From an uncultured Actinomycetota bacterium (GTDB taxonomy: Bacteria; Actinomycetota; Humimicrobiia; Humimicrobiales; Humimicrobiaceae), in NCBI GenBank assembly GCA_964494385.1, contig CAZBSE010000004.1, positions 12,475 through 76,474 on the forward strand: DNA of 64,000 nt, written 5' to 3'. A model generated the notes under the pieces. The model did no database searches, was not told where the DNA came from, and saw only the letters and a program-made list of their open reading frames with translations. Within the stretch, counting starts at the first letter, position 1; the number at the start of each line of letters is the position of its first letter. This document shows, piece by piece, positions 30,259-39,759 of the stretch. The position numbers and the translations under genes were made by a program.

Positions 30259-32551
30259 TTTTTTCAGCTATTATCTTGGAGATCCCGCTAGATTGCATGG
30301 TGACGCCATAAATTGTATCTGCAATTTCCATGGTCCTCTTCTGATGGGTAATTATTATGATTTGCTGCTTTTCCGAAAATTTCTTTACAAGGGTTAAAAA
30401 CCTTCCGATATTTACATCATCAAGTGCGGCATCCACCTCATCAAATACATAAAAAGGCGATGGGTTTATGGAATAAATAGAGAAGAGAAAAGCCATGGAG
30501 ACTAAAGATTTTTCTCCTCCTGAAAGCAGCGAAATAGGAGCGAATTTATTATTGCCTATATCTACCTTTAGATCTACGCCTGTTTCATCCTTATCCGGAC
30601 CCCCGTTTCTTTCCAGCTGCATTTCGCCTTCGCCTAAAGGAAACAACACCTTGAAGTATCTTCTAAAGCACCTGTTAATTTCATCAAATCTCTCAAAAAA
30701 TAAATCGGCTATTTTTATATTCATATCTTTAATTAGTTCCTCCAGATTATTTTTACTTTCGCTTAGATCAAGTCTCTGATGGTTCAGGAAATCAAATCTC
30801 TTTTTTATCCTGCTGTATTCAATAGCCGCATTGGGATTAACGTTTCCATATTTTTTTATATCATTCTTGAGCCTTCTTACTACGGCCTCCGATTTTCTAA
30901 TGTCGGTACTGGGACTATAACTTTTTAGTGCATACTCCATTGACATGTTATAATTATCGGTGATTCCTTCCGCTATTATTTTTACTTTTTCTTTTACTTG
31001 CTCTTTTTTTAAATTTATTTTATACATCTTATTTTCAAGATTTAATCTGGACATATTCAACTGGTTGATTTTGCCATCCAGCTCACCTATTTTTTTCTGG
31101 CTTCCGGACAGTAAAATGCGTCTTTTTTCAAATTCAGGATAAAGTTTATCTTTGATATCCCTCCAGATAGATTTATAGTCATTTAAAAGTAAATAAATTT
31201 TTTTCGATCTCTTTAGATTAATGCTGCAGACTTCTTTTATGGCTTCTATCTTATCCAATCTTTGCCTGAGATTTCCGGTCCCTTCTCCGTTACTTTTATT
31301 TTCATGCGGCCCGTCTTCCTGCCCGTTCTTTTTTTCGTTCTGCTGTCTCTCAATCATCTTAAATAAACCTTTTAGTTCTTCTTCTATTATCTTCCCTTCG
31401 TTTTCGATAAAGCTGCCGTCAACATCGTCTTTTATTTTTCCCTTCAATTTTTCCAAAAAATTTAAAAATAATTTGTCCAGCTTATTAAGCTTATTTAAAA
31501 TATTCTCTAAAAAAGACTGCTTGATTTTATTATCGTATTGTTTTAACGGGCTGCGTAAACTTCCCGCGCTCTCAATACTGCCAAGCTCCAGTTCAAACAT
31601 ATTATATAATGTAGCAAAAACATTCCTCTTGCTCTCTGCCAGAGATATCATATGGCCAAGCTGATCACTTTTCGAATTGAACATATCGATTCTGCTTTTC
31701 CAGAGTTCATACTCGCTATTCTTTTTATCCATAAGCTTCAAAAGGCTGTTCTTTTCCTTCTCCAGTCTTAAAGCTTCTGCCTCTATATCCTCCAGCTTAT
31801 CCTTGCTTTTAGCATATGTGATATTTTCACTTTCCCACTCTTTATTTGAATTGTTAAGATAAGCAATAAAAAGAGAAATTTCCTCTTTTTTTAGATGATT
31901 GGAAACTTCAGCATATTCCCGGGCTCTATTTGCCTCAATCTCAAGCGGATCCATTGTCCTCTTTATTTCTTCGGTTAAATCATCTATTCTTTCGATATCA
32001 TTTTTTACCTTCTGAAGTTTCCCTATTGATTTATCTCTCCTATTTTTATGTTTTGATATGCCCAATACTTCATCTATTATAATTTTTCTCTCAAGTGACT
32101 TTAGCATCGCAATATCATTAATCTGCCCCTGATTTATTATAATATGCAAGCCTTTACCTATTCCGCTGTCTGCTGTCATTTCCTGAATATCGATTAACCT
32201 GCAGGGAGAAGAATTTATAAAATAATCACTGCCTCCTTTAGAAAATACCCTGCGGGTGAATTTCACATCCCTGAATTCTGTATTAAACAATCTATCGGAG
32301 TTATCAAACATAAGAGAAACTTCGGCAATTCCCATTTCCTCGTTTTTACTTTTAAAAATAACATCCCCCATAGAATTACCTCTCAGCGATTTCGGACTCT
32401 GCTCACCCAGGACCCAGGAAATAGCATCCGCTATATTGCTCTTACCGCTTCCATTTGGGCCCACAACCACACTGACTCCAGGCTCAAAGAATAACTGGCT
32501 TTTATTTTTAAAAGATTTAAAACCCCGCAGAGATATGTTTTTTAAGTACAA
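30233..32551 (-). CDS. smc: SMC-family chromosome segregation ATPase, short (772 aa), no recognisable hinge domain
   Basis: N-terminal head with Walker A (MYLKNISLRGFKSFK...VVVGPNGSGKSN); C-terminal head with signature LSGGEKSL and Walker B/D-loop FYVFDEVDAALD; the middle is coiled-coil only; canonical rnc-smc-ftsY position. Confidence 0.8.
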   Translation of the reverse strand: MYLKNISLRGFKSFKNKSQLFFEPGVSVVVGPNGSGKSNIADAISWVLGEQSPKSLRGNSMGDVIFKSKNEEMGIAEVSLMFDNSDRLFNTEFRDVKFTRRVFSKGGSDYFINSSPCRLIDIQEMTADSGIGKGLHIIINQGQINDIAMLKSLERKIIIDEVLGISKHKNRRDKSIGKLQKVKNDIERIDDLTEEIKRTMDPLEIEANRAREYAEVSNHLKKEEISLFIAYLNNSNKEWESENITYAKSKDKLEDIEAEALRLEKEKNSLLKLMDKKNSEYELWKSRIDMFNSKSDQLGHMISLAESKRNVFATLYNMFELELGSIESAGSLRSPLKQYDNKIKQSFLENILNKLNKLDKLFLNFLEKLKGKIKDDVDGSFIENEGKIIEEELKGLFKMIERQQNEKKNGQEDGPHENKSNGEGTGNLRQRLDKIEAIKEVCSINLKRSKKIYLLLNDYKSIWRDIKDKLYPEFEKRRILLSGSQKKIGELDGKINQLNMSRLNLENKMYKINLKKEQVKEKVKIIAEGITDNYNMSMEYALKSYSPSTDIRKSEAVVRRLKNDIKKYGNVNPNAAIEYSRIKKRFDFLNHQRLDLSESKNNLEELIKDMNIKIADLFFERFDEINRCFRRYFKVLFPLGEGEMQLERNGGPDKDETGVDLKVDIGNNKFAPISLLSGGEKSLVSMAFLFSIYSINPSPFYVFDEVDAALDDVNIGRFLTLVKKFSEKQQIIIITHQKRTMEIADTIYGVTMQSSGISKIIAEKIEKHAEIN

Positions 32552-32571
32552 TTGTAAATTCCCGGTAAAAG

Positions 32572-33291
32572 TTATAATTTTAAGTTATATAATTTCTTTA
32601 AAGTATTTTTAGCAGCATTCTGTTCAGATTCCTTTTTGCTTTTTCCTTTACCTTTTCCTACTATTTTATCATCAAGCACCACTACCGAATAAAATGATTT
32701 ATCATGATCGGGACCTTCGGATTTAATCAATCTGTATTTTGCCAGTTTAGAGTAATCAGCCTGGACAATTTCCTGAAGATAGGTTTTGTAATCCATAATC
32801 TTTGTCGTGTCGATTAACTTCTCGATCCTCTTTTTATACCTATCCATCACCCAGTTAAAGGCAAAATCAATTCCCTTATCAGTATAAATGGCACCAATAA
32901 GCGCTTCCATGCTATCCGCTAAAATTGATGCTTTTTCTCTCCCATGACACAATTCCTCGTTCTCGCTTAAAAGTATCTGCTGGTCTATTTTTATTTCCCC
33001 GGCCAACTCTGCCAGCGTCTTTCTGCTTACCAGAACTGATCTTATTTTAGCCATCTTCCCTTCATTAAAATACTCATAATTTTTATAGATATATGAAGTA
33101 ATGATAAAGGAAAGTATGCTGTCGCCTAAGAACTCAAGCTGTTCGTTACCCCTCGATTTGATATTTATCTGGCGCGCAAGCGACCTGTGCGTTAAACTTT
33201 GTATATAAATTTTTACTCTATTTGTATTGACTCCTATAATTTTCAGCCATTTTTTTACTCTATCCTCGGGTAAAACTTCGTCATTCATCAA
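32572..33291 (-). CDS. rnc: Ribonuclease III
   Basis: RNase III signature ERLEFLGDS plus a C-terminal dsRBD. Confidence 0.93.
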   Translation of the reverse strand: MMNDEVLPEDRVKKWLKIIGVNTNRVKIYIQSLTHRSLARQINIKSRGNEQLEFLGDSILSFIITSYIYKNYEYFNEGKMAKIRSVLVSRKTLAELAGEIKIDQQILLSENEELCHGREKASILADSMEALIGAIYTDKGIDFAFNWVMDRYKKRIEKLIDTTKIMDYKTYLQEIVQADYSKLAKYRLIKSEGPDHDKSFYSVVVLDDKIVGKGKGKSKKESEQNAAKNTLKKLYNLKL

Positions 33292-33355
33292 ACAGGTATC
33301 GCCGCCTTATTAAACTATAGAACTTATTCCAGATTTTATTCCAGATTTATAAAAT

Positions 33356-33592
33356 TTATTTTTTAGAATGGGATTCAATATAGTCCAGAGCATCCTTTAC
33401 TGTAATTATCTTTTCGGCATCCTCATCACTTATTTCCACTTTGAATTTATCTTCAAATGCCATAATGAGTTCTACCAGATCCAGGGAATCAGCTCCCAGA
33501 TCATCGACAAATTTGCTTTCGGACTTTATATCAGGTTCTTTAACACCAAGTATATCAACTAAAATCTCCTTAAGCCTGTCAAAATTTTCCAT
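33356..33592 (-). CDS. acpP: Acyl carrier protein
   Basis: 78 aa; [12 protein letters not shown] phosphopantetheine attachment motif. Confidence 0.93.
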   Translation of the reverse strand: MENFDRLKEILVDILGVKEPDIKSESKFVDDLGADSLDLVELIMAFEDKFKVEISDEDAEKIITVKDALDYIESHSKK

Positions 33593-33610
33593 TCTTTCTC
33601 CTTCTTTTAT

Positions 33611-34630
33611 TTACATTATATTATTGATTTCAATTTTGATTTTAGCGGTTAAATTTGTCTTTAGCGCTTCCATGGCTGCCTTTATTGCATTTTTAATTGC
33701 TCTTGATTTCGAACTCCCGTGTGAAATGATAACAGGACCGCCCAATCCCAGCAGCTGTGCCCCCCCATATTCCTCGTAATCAAATTTCTTCTTCATTTCA
33801 ATAAAAGAGCCTTTTAGCCCCAGGGCCGATATTTTACTCAGTATATTCGAAGTCAATACCTTTTTGACTTCACCAAAAAAGAAGCTTGCCAGACCTTCAA
33901 TTAATTTTAAAATTACGTTTCCAACAAAGCCGTCACAGACTGCTACATCCGCTCCGCCGTCAAACATATCCCTTCCCTCTATATTTCCTATAAAATTAAT
34001 ACTGGAACAATTTTTAAGAAGTCTATGACTTTCAACTGCCAATTCACTGCCTTTCTTTTCTTCTTCACCAATATTAACCAGAGCAACTCTTGGATTACTT
34101 ATTCCCAGTATATTTTCAGAATAAACCTTTCCCATTACGGCAAACTGAACCAGATATTGAGGCTTGCAATCAGCATTTGCTCCGGCATCTATCAGTACGA
34201 ATTTCTTATCGGACAGCGGCACTACTACTGCAATTGCAGGTCTTATTATATTTTCAATCCTTTTTATATTAAAAAGGGAACAGGCCATTACCGCACCTGT
34301 ATTGCCAGCCGAAAGAAAGGCACTGTTTTTAAGATGCGATACCATCTGTGAACCTATATAGATTGAGGATTTCTTCTTTTTCTTCAATACTTCCGAAGGT
34401 GACTCATTCATGCTGACTTCCTGATAGCTTCCGATTATCTCTATCCCATCCAGGTTCAGATGACTGGAAGCTGCGATTTTTTCAATCTTATTTTTATTGC
34501 CTACCAGCCTTATTTTAGTTCCAAATGATTGCCTGGCTTCCACCGAACCCCTGATAACCTCTTCAGGGGCATAATCCCCTCCCATAGCATCTACTACAAT
34601 TAAATACTCATCAAACTCAGATTTCATCAT
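33611..34630 (-). CDS. plsX: Phosphate acyltransferase PlsX
   Basis: VVDAMGGDYAPEEVIRGS N-terminus and the PlsX fold throughout. Confidence 0.92.
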   Translation of the reverse strand: MMKSEFDEYLIVVDAMGGDYAPEEVIRGSVEARQSFGTKIRLVGNKNKIEKIAASSHLNLDGIEIIGSYQEVSMNESPSEVLKKKKKSSIYIGSQMVSHLKNSAFLSAGNTGAVMACSLFNIKRIENIIRPAIAVVVPLSDKKFVLIDAGANADCKPQYLVQFAVMGKVYSENILGISNPRVALVNIGEEEKKGSELAVESHRLLKNCSSINFIGNIEGRDMFDGGADVAVCDGFVGNVILKLIEGLASFFFGEVKKVLTSNILSKISALGLKGSFIEMKKKFDYEEYGGAQLLGLGGPVIISHGSSKSRAIKNAIKAAMEALKTNLTAKIKIEINNIM

Positions 34631-34647
34631 AATTTTTACCGGTTACA

Positions 34648-35712
34648 TTATTTCTTTGAAATTTCCAGCAATCTTTTTATATCTACATACTCTTTTACTA
34701 CTTCTACTATTTTATCTATTTTTTTAATCTCGTGAAATCTTACATGTCCTATAATTTCTCCTACTCTTTCTACTGCCGTTAGGGTATCAAAATTAACCAG
34801 GATCATGGGAACGCCTAATTCTTCGGCCCTTCCCAGGACCACGGTGCTTGGCTGAAAATTTCCTGTAAGTATGAGACACTTGGTAGGAGTCTCCAGAGCG
34901 GCTAGCTGGACATCTGCCCTATCGCCGCCGGTTATAACTGCCTTGTTTGCTTTCCTCCTAAAAAATTTAAGAGCCTGCTCCTGTCCCATTGCTCCGACCA
35001 TGAATGCCTCTACCAGCTCATCTACCTTGTCTTCAGCGCAGATTATCTGTCCTCCTAAAAGCTCGGACATTTCTTTTACGCTTACGGAAGAAAGCATTTT
35101 ATCCGATACAATATATCCAAATACTTCTATTTCTTTTTTTACAATAAATGGTATTATCAGTTCCTTAAGATAATCCACCTGGCTTCTTGGAACCCAGTTT
35201 ATAATTATTCCTGCGAGTTTGCTGCCCAAAAAACTCTTTGAGTAAAGAATTTGATCCACGATTTCAGAGCCGTATTTGATTACCATAACCGCCTTGGCCC
35301 CCAGATGCTCACAAATCTTATCTGATGATACTCCCAGGAAATATCCGTCTTCTACGCTCTTGGCTCCCTCTAAAATTACAATATCCTTACCCTTCTGGAT
35401 TCTCTTGTAAGCTTTCTCGATTGATTCCATAAATTCCTTGGAGAAATTATTATCCTTTAACCCTTCTCTTACATATTGCTGGGTCAGTACGATGGGACAT
35501 ATATCTTCAAGCTCTTCTTTTACATCCAGTATATTGGAAATATATTGCGCATCTTCATCTGTGGTAATTCCTCCTACCCGGGTCGGCAGTGTTCCCACCG
35601 GTTTCATATATCCTACTTTGAGACCTTTTTCAACAAATAATTTCCCCACTCCCACACACATTGAACTTTTCCCTGAAAAGGGCTGATTTGAAATAAAAAA
35701 TAAAGGAATCAT
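34648..35712 (-). CDS. Stand-alone phosphotransacetylase N-terminal-domain-like protein (AAA_26/BioD-like + DRTGG domains)
   Basis: P-loop-like FFISNQPFSGKSSMCVGVG; C-terminal DRTGG-type motif (AVITGGDRADVQLAAL...LILTGNFQPS...VPMILVNFDTLTA), similar to the N-terminal half of long-form Pta; no acyltransferase domain. Confidence 0.7.
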   Translation of the reverse strand: MIPLFFISNQPFSGKSSMCVGVGKLFVEKGLKVGYMKPVGTLPTRVGGITTDEDAQYISNILDVKEELEDICPIVLTQQYVREGLKDNNFSKEFMESIEKAYKRIQKGKDIVILEGAKSVEDGYFLGVSSDKICEHLGAKAVMVIKYGSEIVDQILYSKSFLGSKLAGIIINWVPRSQVDYLKELIIPFIVKKEIEVFGYIVSDKMLSSVSVKEMSELLGGQIICAEDKVDELVEAFMVGAMGQEQALKFFRRKANKAVITGGDRADVQLAALETPTKCLILTGNFQPSTVVLGRAEELGVPMILVNFDTLTAVERVGEIIGHVRFHEIKKIDKIVEVVKEYVDIKRLLEISKK

Positions 35713-35713
35713 T

Positions 35714-37837
35714 TTAACCTCCTATTCTTATTCTTACGTCTCCAGCTATTGAGCCTTCGCCCTGTTTTTTTACAAACAAGGGATTTATATCCATTTCCAT
35801 AATTTCTGGAAAATCTATAACCAGCTGAGAAACTTTAAGTATGATATCAATTATGCTATCCACATCTGCAGGGTCTTCGCCCCTAACACCCTTAAGCAGC
35901 TTGTAAGATTTAATCTCTTCCACCATTTCCCGGGCAACCTCTCTGCTTATTGGAACAATTCTAAAAGAAACATCTTTAAGTGCCTCAACATATATCCCGC
36001 CAAGTCCGAACATGACCATTGGTCCGAATTGAGGGTCCTCGCTTATTCCGATAATGGTCTCTTTTTTTTCTTTAATAAATTTCTGAACCATAATTCCCCT
36101 GATATTGGCATCGGGCATATATTTTTTAACATTGATAAGAATCTGGTCGTAACTTTCTTCCAGTTCTTTTTCATTTTCTATTCCAATCTTAACGCCGCCA
36201 ACATCGGTTTTATGCAAAATATTAGGTGAAACAATTTTCAGTACCAGCGGATATCCGATTCTTGCCGCTACCTCTTTTGCTTTTCCTATATCACAGGCCA
36301 GTTCTGCTTCAGGTATCCTTATATTATATGCTTTAAGTATTTCTCTTGCTTCTATTTCTCCCAGTTCCAGTCTGCCTTCGGCTTTGCACCGGTTAAATAT
36401 TTCCTTAACCCTTCTATTGTCAACTTCGAACTGCTCAACAGGGAAATCTCTTCTGGATTTCCATTCCGTATAGTCCATCATTACTTTTAATGTTTTTATT
36501 GCTTCCTCGGGAATATCAAAATTGGGAATATTTTTTTTAGCTAAAAAATTTACCGCTTCTTTTACTTCTGAACCTCCCATAAAACTTGTTAGTATAGGAA
36601 TACTGCGGCTGCTTTTTTCTATTACTCCGGTAATTGCCCTGGCTGTTTTCAAACATTGTGTCATTGCCTGTGGCGTTAGCAGTACTACCACTGCATCAAC
36701 ATTGCTGTCCCTCAGCACTTCCTCCAGTGCCTTGCTGTACCTGTCTGCCAGAGCATCTCCTAAAATATCTACAGGATTATAAAAATTTGCTGCCTGGGGC
36801 AAAAATTTCTTTAGGTTTTCTATAGTTTCTATTTTTAGGCTGGTCAGCTCTATATCTCTCTTTTCACATTCATCTGTGGCCATAATGCCGGGACCGCCTG
36901 CATTTGTTATTATTGCAACTTTTTTACCTTTAGGCAATGGCTGATAGGAAAAAGCTATAGAGTAGTTAAAGAGATCCCTTATTGTATCCGCCCTTATTAT
37001 GCCTGTCTGTTTAAAGGCAGCTTCATAAGCTTTAGCCGAGCCGGCAAGCGTGCCTGTATGAGAAGACACCGCCCTGGCCCCTGCGTTTGTGTTTCCGGAT
37101 TTGATAACTATTATAGGTTTCTTTTTAGAAACCCTGGAACATATTTTGATAAATTCTTTTCCGGATTTTACACCTTCAAGATATAAAGTAATTACTTCGG
37201 TATTTTTCTCATTTTCCCAGCCTTCAATAAAATCATTTTCTGAAATATCAGCTTTATTACCCAGAGAAACAAATTTCGAAAACCCTATTTTATTAGTCTT
37301 GGCCCAATCCAGGATAGCTGTTCCCAGCGCACCTGATTGAGATATAAAACTTATTTTCCCCCTGGGGGGCATATTGGGAGAAAAAGAAGCATTTATGGGA
37401 CATCCCGTATTTATGATTCCAAGACAATTGGGACCCAGTATCCTTATTCCGTAATTCCTTGCTTTCTCAATTAACTGTCTCTCTATTCTGGCTCCTTCTA
37501 CACCTGTTTCCTTAAATCCTGCTGAAATTATAATGAACCATTTTATATTTTTCTTTGAACATTGTTCCAGAGCCTCTAACACCATCGTGCGGGGGATAAC
37601 TATTATAGCCAGCTCGATATCGTGCGGTACATCCAGTACCGATGGATAACATTTAATTCCAAATATTTCATCTGTTTTAGGGTTTACTGGAAATAATTTG
37701 CCTTTATATCCGGAATTTATTAGATTGGATAGAATCTCGTGGCCTACTTTTTTTTCTTGTCTGGAAGCCCCAATTACTGCTGTGGACTTCGGGCAAAAAA
37801 AATTCTGCAAATTCAAATTACAAACCTCCAATTCCAT
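35714..37837 (-). CDS. ADP-forming (NDP-forming) acetyl-CoA synthetase, fused alpha/beta domains (CoA-binding + CoA-ligase + ATP-grasp)
   Basis: N-terminal CoA-binding Rossmann segment (STAVIGASRQEKKVGHEIL...), a succinyl-CoA-synthetase-like flavodoxin domain, and a C-terminal ATP-grasp (VLKIVSPNILHKTDVGGVKIG...); 707 aa. Confidence 0.75.
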   Translation of the reverse strand: MELEVCNLNLQNFFCPKSTAVIGASRQEKKVGHEILSNLINSGYKGKLFPVNPKTDEIFGIKCYPSVLDVPHDIELAIIVIPRTMVLEALEQCSKKNIKWFIIISAGFKETGVEGARIERQLIEKARNYGIRILGPNCLGIINTGCPINASFSPNMPPRGKISFISQSGALGTAILDWAKTNKIGFSKFVSLGNKADISENDFIEGWENEKNTEVITLYLEGVKSGKEFIKICSRVSKKKPIIVIKSGNTNAGARAVSSHTGTLAGSAKAYEAAFKQTGIIRADTIRDLFNYSIAFSYQPLPKGKKVAIITNAGGPGIMATDECEKRDIELTSLKIETIENLKKFLPQAANFYNPVDILGDALADRYSKALEEVLRDSNVDAVVVLLTPQAMTQCLKTARAITGVIEKSSRSIPILTSFMGGSEVKEAVNFLAKKNIPNFDIPEEAIKTLKVMMDYTEWKSRRDFPVEQFEVDNRRVKEIFNRCKAEGRLELGEIEAREILKAYNIRIPEAELACDIGKAKEVAARIGYPLVLKIVSPNILHKTDVGGVKIGIENEKELEESYDQILINVKKYMPDANIRGIMVQKFIKEKKETIIGISEDPQFGPMVMFGLGGIYVEALKDVSFRIVPISREVAREMVEEIKSYKLLKGVRGEDPADVDSIIDIILKVSQLVIDFPEIMEMDINPLFVKKQGEGSIAGDVRIRIGG

Positions 37838-37852
37838 TTATGTGATTCATTT

Positions 37853-38101
37853 TTACTTGCGTGTTTCACTGGTTTCTTTTTTGCTCTTTTCTTTGCCTTT
37901 CTCTTTGCCTTTCTCCTTGCCTTTCTTCTCAAATATTATTATCTCGTGTTCAGAATAATATCCGCAATTCTGGCAAACCCTGTGGGATATTTTCTTGCTG
38001 TGACACCTGGGGCATTCTACTATGTTAAGTAATTTTAATCGGTCATGAGTTCTGCGTTTGTTTCTCCGGGATTTTGATGTTTTTCTTTTTGGAACCGCCA
38101 A
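37853..38101 (-). CDS. rpmF: 50S ribosomal protein L32 with a Lys/Glu-rich (KGKE)n C-terminal tail
   Basis: (M)AVPKRKTSKSRRNKRRTHDRL...CPRCHSKKISHRVCQNCGYY is the L32 Zn-ribbon core; TTG start with AGGAGG 8 nt upstream; 82 aa versus the usual ~57-60. Confidence 0.9.
   Translation of the reverse strand: MAVPKRKTSKSRRNKRRTHDRLKLLNIVECPRCHSKKISHRVCQNCGYYSEHEIIIFEKKGKEKGKEKGKEKSKKETSETRK
37889..37924. repeat. Three tandem 12-bp units (TCTTTGCCTTTC-like) encoding the (KGKE)3 tail of L32
   Basis: Direct tandem repeats ttctttgccttt / ctctttgccttt / ctccttgccttt, read directly from the sequence. Confidence 0.8.
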
Positions 38102-38193
38102 TACTCTATCCTCCTGTTTACAATATTGTTACAAACTTGTTATAAATAACAAATAAATCAATATAACATAAAATAATATTTATTCAATAAATA

Positions 38194-38667
38194 TTATTTC
38201 TCACCTGTATCCAATGCGCCTCTAAATTGTTCCCTTCCTTTTTCGATTGCAGTCAGCAATTTATGCAGTACAGCTTCCATATTTGCCAGTTTCTCGTCTG
38301 CATAATCCTCGGCTTCAAGTCTGATGGTCCTTGCCCTGGCTTCTGCGGTGGTCATTATCTCCTCCGATTTCCTGGCAGCATCTTTTAATATCTCGGTTTC
38401 ACTGACAAGAATTTCTGCCTTTTCCTTAGCTTCTTTAATTACCCTTTCAGAATATCTTTTGGCCTCTTCTATCATATTCTCTCTTTCTTTTACAATCCAC
38501 CTTGACTGCTTGAACTCTTCCGGCAGCACACTCCTCAATTCATCCAGTAAATCGTATATCTCGCTTTCGCTTACCATTATATTGGATGAAAATGGAATCC
38601 TCCTGCTCTTTTCAAGAAATTCTTCAATTCTGTCTACGATTTCAATTACATTCATGCCGCTCTCCAT
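38194..38667 (-). CDS. Hypothetical acidic coiled-coil protein (157 aa)
   Basis: Uninterrupted ORF in the slot upstream of rpmF where YceD/DUF177 usually sits; no Cys pairs, so it is not DUF177; predicted mostly helical. Confidence 0.55.
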   Translation of the reverse strand: MESGMNVIEIVDRIEEFLEKSRRIPFSSNIMVSESEIYDLLDELRSVLPEEFKQSRWIVKERENMIEEAKRYSERVIKEAKEKAEILVSETEILKDAARKSEEIMTTAEARARTIRLEAEDYADEKLANMEAVLHKLLTAIEKGREQFRGALDTGEK

Positions 38668-38683
38668 ATCCGTTTATTTTTAA

Positions 38684-39175
38684 TTAAAAAACATTCTTAT
38701 TAAAACTTTCAATGACATCTTTCTCTATTTCCTCCGGTACCAGGCCTTTTATGCAGCCATTAAACCTTGCCACTTCTTTTACCGCACTCGAACTCAGATA
38801 AGCAAATTTAGGATTGGTGACCATAAACATAGTCTCCACTTCCGGATTCAGCTTTTTATTTATCTGTGCCATCTGAAACTCATATTCAAAATCCGATATG
38901 GCCCTGAGTCCTTTTACTATAACTGCCGCTTTTTCTTTTTTAGCCAGATCCACCAGCAACCCTTCAAAAGTTATTACTTCTATATTGCCCAAATCACCCA
39001 GAGCTCTGCTTGTAAAATCCATTCTCTTTTCTATGGAATAAAATGGTTTTTTTCTGGTATCTCCGGATATGGCTACTATCACCTTATTAAAAATCTTTGA
39101 GCATCTGCTTATTATATCCTTATGTCCCTCGGTTAAAGGGTCGTATGTGCCCGGACACAATGCTGTCTTTTCCAT
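38684..39175 (-). CDS. coaD: Phosphopantetheine adenylyltransferase
   Basis: ALCPGTYDPLTEGHKDII (T/HxGH nucleotidyltransferase motif); 163 aa. Confidence 0.92.
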   Translation of the reverse strand: MEKTALCPGTYDPLTEGHKDIISRCSKIFNKVIVAISGDTRKKPFYSIEKRMDFTSRALGDLGNIEVITFEGLLVDLAKKEKAAVIVKGLRAISDFEYEFQMAQINKKLNPEVETMFMVTNPKFAYLSSSAVKEVARFNGCIKGLVPEEIEKDVIESFNKNVF

Positions 39176-39191
39176 AATATAATCCTATCTT

Positions 39192-39759
39192 TTAACTTTG
39201 ACAAGGTGACAGATAAATTACTTTTTTATCTCCGAAATGCGATTGTTTGACTATATTAAAATTCTTTATTTCACCGCTTACATCTTTTTTAAAAAAGTAT
39301 TCGTATATCAGCAAAGCATCTTTTTTGATGATATCTTTACCTGCCAGAGCATCAAATATCTTTTTCATTATATCACTTTCAATTTTGTATGGTGGGTCCA
39401 AAAAGACCAGGTCCCATTTCAAACCCTTATAAGATTTTAAGAATTTTAAAACATCACTTTTGATTATCTTATACTTTTTATCTGTATTTTCAAAATACCT
39501 GGTATTATACCTTATAAGATTAATTGATTGGAAACTATTATCCACAAAGTATACTAGATTGCAATTTCTGCTTGATGATTCCACTCCCAGTGAACCCGTT
39601 CCCGAAAATAGATCCAGAACATTTGACCCTGCTAATCTGCCGCTGATAACATTAAAAATACTCTCTTTAACGCTGTCCAGAGTAGGCCTGATTTTATAAT
39701 CTGAAGGAGGCTTTAGCTTTCTGCCTTTAAACTCACCGGAAATAATTCTAATGATCCAT
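39192..39759 (-). CDS. rsmD: 16S rRNA (guanine966-N2)-methyltransferase RsmD; 5' end carries an apparent +1 frameshift immediately after the ATG
   Basis: Upstream of the track ORF (a GTG start at MESSS, mid-domain) the frame stays open and encodes IIRIISGEFKGRKLKPPSDYKIRPTLDSVKESIFNVISGRLAGSNVLDLFSGTGSLGVESSS...DLVFLDPPY (RsmD motifs I and IV). It runs back to an in-frame TGA with no ATG/GTG/TTG. An ATG at 39757-39759 is out of frame by one nt (atgGatcatt); removing one G would give MIIRIISGE.... Confidence 0.7.

Noticed and set aside
37889-37924. Tandem repeats considered as a CRISPR-like or VNTR array
   Set aside because: Only three 12-bp units lie entirely inside the rpmF coding sequence and encode the KGKE tail. 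There are no spacers and no cas genes, so it is not a CRISPR array.
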